A stretch of DNA of 33,797 bases from Candidatus Binatia bacterium (GTDB lineage Bacteria > Desulfobacterota > Binatia > UBA9968). Below, one piece after another: positions 28,422 to 33,797 of the stretch; position 1 is the first letter of the stretch; the number at the start of each line of letters is the position of its first letter. The notes under the pieces were generated by a model, which did no database searches, was not told the origin of the DNA, and saw only the letters and a program-made list of their open reading frames with translations. Made by a program: the position numbers and the translations under genes. Location of the stretch: positions 1-33,797 of the forward strand of contig JBIOXP010000115.1 of assembly GCA_044869705.1 (NCBI GenBank), given 5' to 3'.

Positions 28422-29282
28422 ATGCTTTCCAACCGGGTGAGCGAGATCATGACCACCCACTTGACCAAGGCTTCGGTCTCCGGCTCGATTTTTGACGTGA
28501 TGCAGACAATGATCGCCGAGGACGTCGGGCGGATCATTATCACTGATGACGAAGTGCCGGTCGGGATTTTTACCGAGAAAGACGTGGTGAAGCGCGTGGT
28601 CAACGCCGGCCTCGACCCGAGAAAGGAGAGCGTCAAAAAAGTGATGACCTCACCGATTCGGGCGGTCCGCGAGGAAACTCACATCATCGAGGCCTTCGGA
28701 AAAATGTACCGCGGCAAGTATCGCCATCTGCTCGTGCGTGGCCGGCGCGGCAAAATTATCGGCATTGTTTCGATGCGCCGCATCCTCAACTTGGCCGTCG
28801 AGCTCGGCCAGGGAATGGCTGAAACCAAAACTCTCGGCGAGATCGCCACTCCGGCGCTCGGGACCATCGAGGAGACTGCCACGGTTCAGGAAGCGATCAA
28901 GAACCTGAGCGATCGAAACGTCACGGCCGTGATCGTCACCGCTGACGGAAAGCCGACGGGCATTTTTACCGAGCGCGATGTCCTGAAGCGAGTCGCCGCT
29001 CGTGAGCTCAACCCGCGTGAGACCTCGATCAAAGAGGTGATGACCATGCCGATCATTATCATGCCTGGTTCGAGCTTTGTGGGTGATGTTCTCGCCGAGA
29101 TGTATCACCGCGACATTCGAAATATGCCGGTCAGAGATGACCAAGGTAAGCTTACCGGATTGGTTTCGATGCCGGAGATTCTTCAGTTTGCGCGGGCCTT
29201 TAACATTGATGAGCAGGTGCGCCGTAGCTGGAAAGAAGTGGCTGAATACCTCGATAATGAGGATCAATACACGCCGGGGTAG
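28422..29282 (+). CDS. CBS-domain protein (two Bateman modules)
   Basis: Internal duplication GIFTEKDVVKRV / GIFTERDVLKRV and VKKVMT / IKEVMT; GGAGGTG SD before ATG 28422. Confidence 0.92.
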   Translation: MLSNRVSEIMTTHLTKASVSGSIFDVMQTMIAEDVGRIIITDDEVPVGIFTEKDVVKRVVNAGLDPRKESVKKVMTSPIRAVREETHIIEAFGKMYRGKYRHLLVRGRRGKIIGIVSMRRILNLAVELGQGMAETKTLGEIATPALGTIEETATVQEAIKNLSDRNVTAVIVTADGKPTGIFTERDVLKRVAARELNPRETSIKEVMTMPIIIMPGSSFVGDVLAEMYHRDIRNMPVRDDQGKLTGLVSMPEILQFARAFNIDEQVRRSWKEVAEYLDNEDQYTPG

Positions 29283-29295
29283 AAGGCGTAATTTA

Positions 29296-29323
29296 TTGTC
29301 TTTCAAGGCCTATGTGTTAGAAT
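29296..29323 (+). promoter_or_regulatory. Putative sigma70 promoter for korAB
   Basis: TTGTCT, 16 bp, TAGAAT with extended TG; AAGGAGG SD before TTG 29358. Confidence 0.45.
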
Positions 29324-29357
29324 CCAAAAATCGCTCGCAGACCAAGGAGGTCGTATT

Positions 29358-31178
29358 TTGGATACACCGTCGATTAATGATCTAAACATCTGCGTTGCCA
29401 CCGAAAACGGTTCGGGCAGCGCGTCGTCGAACAACATCCTGTTCAAAGCGATTTTTAAGATGGGCATTCCGTGCTCGTCGAAAAACATGTTTCCATCGAA
29501 TATTCAGGGGCTACCCACCTGGTATCAGATCCGGGCCAACGCCGACGGTTACTTGAGCCGCAAGGATGTCATCGACGTTATGGTTATGTTCAATGATGCC
29601 ACCGCCGCCAAAGACATTTACCGCGTCCGTGACGGCGGATTGATTTTATACGATGATTCGACTTCTTTGGCGGCAAATCTGAAACGCGATGGTGTCCAAT
29701 ACATCGGTTTTCCAGCCAACAAGTTGGTCGCTAAGCTCGTGCCGGCCTCGCCCTTGCGCGCCAAGCAGCGCAACATGGTTTATGTCGGCGCCCTCGCTTA
29801 CCTGTTTGGCATCGACATGTCCGTGATCAAGTCGGTGCTCGAAGACACCTTCGGCAAGAAACCCGCGGTCATTGAGTCCAACATGATCTGTATTGATGCC
29901 GGCTACCAATACTGCAAGGAGCAGAATTTCAAACAGAACATCGCACGCCTGGAGCCCATTCCCGACGGCAACAAGGGTAAAATCATCACCGAAGGCAACA
30001 CCGCAGCGGCACTCGGCGCGATCTATGGGGGCGCCTCGGTGATTTGCTGGTATCCCATCACTCCTTCGAGCTCACTGGCAGAGGCTATGGAGTACTACCT
30101 ACCCCGGCTGCGCAAGACCAAAGACGGAAAGAAAGCGTATGCGATCGTTCAGGCAGAAGACGAAATCGCTTCCGCAGGTATGGTCGTCGGCGCCGGATGG
30201 GCCGGAGCGCGCGCGATGACATCGACCTCGGGCCCAGGCGTTTCGCTGATGAACGAAACCATCGGCTTGGCATACTATGCCGAGATTCCTTCCGTATTTT
30301 TCATCATTCAGCGCGGCGGACCCTCGACTGGGCTACCGACACGCACCCAGCAATCCGATATTTCGCTCATGTACAACGCCTCTCACGGCGACACCCGGCA
30401 CATTATTCTGATTCCTCACGACATGAATTCCTGCTTCGATTTTGCGCGTCAGAGCTTCAACTACGCCGATCGCTTCCAAACTCCAATATTCGTCGCCATG
30501 GATCTCGACTTGGGCATGAACCTCTGGTCATCGGATCCGCTGAAGCTTAACCAGGAGCCTTTCGATTACGGCAAGCGGCTGAGCGCTGAACAACTCGAAG
30601 AATGGACCAAAGCCGGAAAGAAATTTCGCCGCTACTTCGATCAAGACGGCGACGGGATTCCTTATCGGACGGTACCGGGTAACCCACACCGCGTGGCATC
30701 CTACTTTACCCGCGGTTCCGGCCACGATGCCGATGCCCGCTACTCCGAAGACGAACACGATTACAAATATATTCTCGACCGTTTACGGAAAAAGTTCGAT
30801 ACGGCGCGCAAATTCGTCCCCAAACCGATCGTCGAAAAAGAGCGCGGCGTCAAGACTGGAATCGTTTGCTACGGCTCGAGCTACGAGCCGGTGCGCGAAG
30901 CGCGCGATCGGCTGAAGGCACGCGGACTAAGAACAAACCACATGCTGATTCGCGCCTTACCGCTCACCAGCGAGGTCCGTGATTTTTTCGCCGAGCACGA
31001 TACCATTTATCTCGTCGAGCAAAATCGCGATGGGCAGATGGCTGCCATCATTAAAGATGAGTGGCCTGAGCTGGGTACCAAGATCGTCAGTGTACTGATC
31101 TACAACGGCCTGCCGGCGACGCCGCTTGAGGTTGTCAATCAGATTTTCGCCGCGGCCCAATCGGCAAAAACTGCGTAA
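29358..31178 (+). CDS. korA: 2-oxoacid:ferredoxin oxidoreductase alpha subunit (fused gamma domain)
   Basis: NGSGSASSN, PSNIQGLPT, WYPITPSS, QAEDEIAS, TSTSGPG, QRGGPSTGLPTRTQQSD. Substrate specificity is not determined. Confidence 0.92.
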   Translation: MDTPSINDLNICVATENGSGSASSNNILFKAIFKMGIPCSSKNMFPSNIQGLPTWYQIRANADGYLSRKDVIDVMVMFNDATAAKDIYRVRDGGLILYDDSTSLAANLKRDGVQYIGFPANKLVAKLVPASPLRAKQRNMVYVGALAYLFGIDMSVIKSVLEDTFGKKPAVIESNMICIDAGYQYCKEQNFKQNIARLEPIPDGNKGKIITEGNTAAALGAIYGGASVICWYPITPSSSLAEAMEYYLPRLRKTKDGKKAYAIVQAEDEIASAGMVVGAGWAGARAMTSTSGPGVSLMNETIGLAYYAEIPSVFFIIQRGGPSTGLPTRTQQSDISLMYNASHGDTRHIILIPHDMNSCFDFARQSFNYADRFQTPIFVAMDLDLGMNLWSSDPLKLNQEPFDYGKRLSAEQLEEWTKAGKKFRRYFDQDGDGIPYRTVPGNPHRVASYFTRGSGHDADARYSEDEHDYKYILDRLRKKFDTARKFVPKPIVEKERGVKTGIVCYGSSYEPVREARDRLKARGLRTNHMLIRALPLTSEVRDFFAEHDTIYLVEQNRDGQMAAIIKDEWPELGTKIVSVLIYNGLPATPLEVVNQIFAAAQSAKTA

Positions 31179-31194
31179 GGACAGGATTGGAAAA

Positions 31195-32223
31195 ATGGCA
31201 GATGCAAAAGTAAATCGACTCAATCTAACCGAAAAAGATTACGACGGCGCGGCTTCGACAATGTGTCGCGGCTGCGGTCACGACGCGATTTCCGCATCCG
31301 TGCAGCGCGCCTATTTCGAAAGCAGCATCGATCCGCGCAAGGTCGTCAAACTGAGCGGCATCGGCTGCTCGTCCAAAACCCCGGCATATTTCTTGAGCCA
31401 ATCGTTTGGTTTTAACGCCGTGCACGGCAGAATGTCAGCCGTCGCCACCGGCGCCAATTTGGCAAATCAAACGTTGCTGCCGATCGGTGTGTCTGGTGAC
31501 GGCGACACTTCGGCCATCGGGCTCGGCAATTTTTGCCATATGATGCGGCGTAACGTCAACATCACCTACATCATCGAGAATAACGGAGTATACGGCCTGA
31601 CCAAAGGTCAGTTTTCCGCCACCGCCGACGTCGGCTCGGTCATGAAGGGTGGCAAAGTTAACGATATTCCAGCGATCGATTTGGCGGAGCTGGCGATCAC
31701 GCTGGGCGCAACTTATGTGGCGCGGAGCTTTTCCGGAGACCGCAAACAGTTAACCCCGCTGGTACAGGGCGCCTTGTCGCACAAAGGCAGCGCTATTCTG
31801 GATGTGATCAGCCCCTGCGTTACTTTCAATAACCACGAAGGATCGACGAAAAGTTTAAAATACGTCAAGGGTCATCTCGATCCGATCCACGATCTCGATT
31901 TCATCCCACCCTACGAGAACATCGAAGCGGATTACGATGAAGGCACGGACCATGAAGTGACCATGCACGACGGATCGCATATCATCCTGCACAAGCTCAG
32001 CAAAGACTACGATCCGACCAACAAGCTACAGGCGGTTCAGGCGATTCACGCCGCCATCGCGGAAGGGAAATTTTTGACCGGACTGATTTATTACAATCCC
32101 AACCGAAAAGAATTCGCCGACGAGTTAAATCTCTGCGACCTTCCGTTATCGGAGCTCAGCCAGGACGACCTCCAGCCGCCCCTCGAGGCACTGGAAAGAA
32201 TCAATGCTGATATGATGAAGTAG
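31195..32223 (+). CDS. korB: 2-oxoacid:ferredoxin oxidoreductase beta subunit
   Basis: CRGCGH, SGIGCSS, GDGD TPP motif, NNGVYGLTKGQFS, SPCVTFN. Confidence 0.92.
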   Translation: MADAKVNRLNLTEKDYDGAASTMCRGCGHDAISASVQRAYFESSIDPRKVVKLSGIGCSSKTPAYFLSQSFGFNAVHGRMSAVATGANLANQTLLPIGVSGDGDTSAIGLGNFCHMMRRNVNITYIIENNGVYGLTKGQFSATADVGSVMKGGKVNDIPAIDLAELAITLGATYVARSFSGDRKQLTPLVQGALSHKGSAILDVISPCVTFNNHEGSTKSLKYVKGHLDPIHDLDFIPPYENIEADYDEGTDHEVTMHDGSHIILHKLSKDYDPTNKLQAVQAIHAAIAEGKFLTGLIYYNPNRKEFADELNLCDLPLSELSQDDLQPPLEALERINADMMK

Positions 32224-32243
32224 AATTTGCGATGACTTTAAAG

Positions 32244-32283
32244 AAAGGGCCTGGCGGAGAAATCCCCCGGGCCCTTTGTTTTT
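32244..32283 (+). terminator. Rho-independent terminator (possibly bidirectional)
   Basis: AAAGGGCCTGGCGGA-gaaa-TCCCCCGGGCCCTTT followed by GTTTTT, between convergent genes. Confidence 0.85.
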
Positions 32284-32298
32284 GCAGGATTTGCTGTC

Positions 32299-32949
32299 TT
32301 AGAGTCCGACTGCTTGCTTCGTGGGCACTTCCTTCCAAGTGTCTATAATCTCGCCGGAAGATGCCACGAGTCCGAAATGCCGCCGCATATTTTCCAGCGT
32401 CCCTAGATGTAACTTGGCTTCGTACGCCGCCGAACAGTCTTCGATCATCGTGACATAGTAGTCATACATGTACCCGTCCCGCGCGGTGGTTTCGACGCAG
32501 ACATTGGTGGCAACACCGCACACGAGCACGCTCTGAATATTTCGCGCCTTTAGAACGGTGTTGAGATCGGTGTTGATAAACGCGCTGTACCGGTGTTTGA
32601 TCACTATCCGCTCGCTCGCCAGAGGCGAGATTCCCTCATAAAATTCCGCGCCCCAGGTTCCTTCACGGCACGTGCTCAAGCCGGCTTTTTGCGATGTCCG
32701 GTAGATCCACGAGGGGGTATCGGTCCATTCGCTATGCGTGGTTCGGATATAAACGATCGTCAGCCCCACGCGACGTGCTTCCTCGATCAAGCGGAGCAGA
32801 TTTGGCACCATCGCCATCGCCGCGCCGACATCTTCGCCGCGTTTGGCTGCGCTCCCGTCCGGACTGACAAAGTCGTTTTGCACGTCGACGACGATAAGCG
32901 CCGCTTTTTTGGGATCGCAGCGTTCTTTCAGAGTTCGCAAGACATCCAT
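32299..32949 (-). CDS. Cysteine hydrolase, isochorismatase family (RutB-like)
   Basis: VDVQNDF, KHRYSAF, GVATNVCVETTARD (Asp-Lys-Cys triad); AGGGGG SD before ATG 32949. Confidence 0.93.
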   Translation of the reverse strand: MDVLRTLKERCDPKKAALIVVDVQNDFVSPDGSAAKRGEDVGAAMAMVPNLLRLIEEARRVGLTIVYIRTTHSEWTDTPSWIYRTSQKAGLSTCREGTWGAEFYEGISPLASERIVIKHRYSAFINTDLNTVLKARNIQSVLVCGVATNVCVETTARDGYMYDYYVTMIEDCSAAYEAKLHLGTLENMRRHFGLVASSGEIIDTWKEVPTKQAVGL

Positions 32950-33033
32950 GGCGTTTCCCCCTTTTATGCCGCAGATGAGAATCGTAGATCGATATCGCAT
33001 CTGCGATGCTCGATCTGCGATTCCCAATCCTTA

Positions 33034-33797
33034 TCAATGATCATGCTTACGCTGCAAACCCCCATGTCCCATAGCCATGATTTCCACGCGTGTGATTTTC
33101 TCTCCGGCCAGGAGACGCGGCAAAAGCGCGTCGAAGGCGGTAAACGGATCGTGCAAGACGCACCCGGAGAGTCCCATGACTGGCGTATGGCCGAGGTAAG
33201 CCATCAAAAACATCGAACCTGGCAAGACTGGAAAACCGTGAGTTTCCACTACCGCCCCGCTTCTCCGAATCCCTTCGGGTGTTTTGTCGTCAGGATCCAC
33301 GGACATGCCGCCGCTGACGAGAATTACATCGGCCCCGGCCTGTTTGGCTTGCTTGATATTTTCGGCAATGACTTCCGGATCGTCGGGTGCCAGCTTGACG
33401 GACTCGAGTCGTGAGCCAAGCTCAGTGACTTTCTTGGTCACCACCGGGCCGAAGCCGTCTTTGATCCTGCCGGTAAAAACTTCGCTGCCCGTGACCACCA
33501 GGTGTACGCGTTTGGCCGGCATCGGCAGCACTTTTACGATCGGCTTTTCTCTGCAAAGCGCTTCGGCTCTTCGCACGAGCTCCTCTTTCACGACCACGGG
33601 AATCGTTCTTGTCCCAGCAACAACGGTTCCCTCTTTGACATATCGGTCCGCGGGCAGCGTCGCCAGCATCAGATCACCCAGTGAATTGAAACGGAAAAGC
33701 AAATCGCTGTCGACCTTCAGCAAGCCCGAAACTGTAGCAACCAGGTTGATGCGCCCCTCACTCGGGTCGGTGAGCTTCAGGTTCTCTCCCGCCGCGG
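33034..33797 (-). CDS. Molybdopterin-binding MoeA-like protein, 5' end outside the window
   Basis: Frame is open to the window edge (..PSEGRINLVA..GLLKVD); TGSEVFTGRIKDGF, GGMSVDPDDKTP, PVLPGSMF. Confidence 0.88.
   Translation of the reverse strand, partial: AAGENLKLTDPSEGRINLVATVSGLLKVDSDLLFRFNSLGDLMLATLPADRYVKEGTVVAGTRTIPVVVKEELVRRAEALCREKPIVKVLPMPAKRVHLVVTGSEVFTGRIKDGFGPVVTKKVTELGSRLESVKLAPDDPEVIAENIKQAKQAGADVILVSGGMSVDPDDKTPEGIRRSGAVVETHGFPVLPGSMFLMAYLGHTPVMGLSGCVLHDPFTAFDALLPRLLAGEKITRVEIMAMGHGGLQRKHDH

Noticed and set aside
32593-33414. 273-aa plus-strand ORF
   Set aside because: Antisense across two well-supported minus-strand genes.

Overview
A GC-rich, densely coding bacterial chromosome segment. 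The gene content looks deltaproteobacteria-like (possibly Candidatus Binatia; this is inference only). Most of it is housekeeping: an HTH-pilMNOPQ-aroC-aroK-aroB-aroQ run, priA-def-fmt-rsmB-rpe, tRNA-Pro(CGG), clpS-clpA-Ste24(M48), a CBS protein, korAB-type 2-oxoacid:ferredoxin oxidoreductase, a cysteine hydrolase and a partial MoeA-like gene. The least explained part is 1078-7985. It holds an apparent operon of a lone tatA, two exported proteins built from a shared ~24-aa RxExDxNxDGxxDxWxYYxxG repeat (one a glycine-zipper lipoprotein), and a TonB/TolA-ExbB-ExbD motor with no TonB-dependent receptor, TolB or Pal in view. That operon converges on an exported VWA protein whose MIDAS domain appears inserted in an Ig-like domain. 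This is my best candidate for an undescribed PMF-driven envelope system. Other points: two good sigma54 promoters (pil operon; orphan atypical receiver), an apparent lipid-anchor swap between PilP and PilQ, and a likely leaderless gene. No CRISPR array, integrase or transposase was seen. All calls are by-eye motif recognition; no database searches were run.
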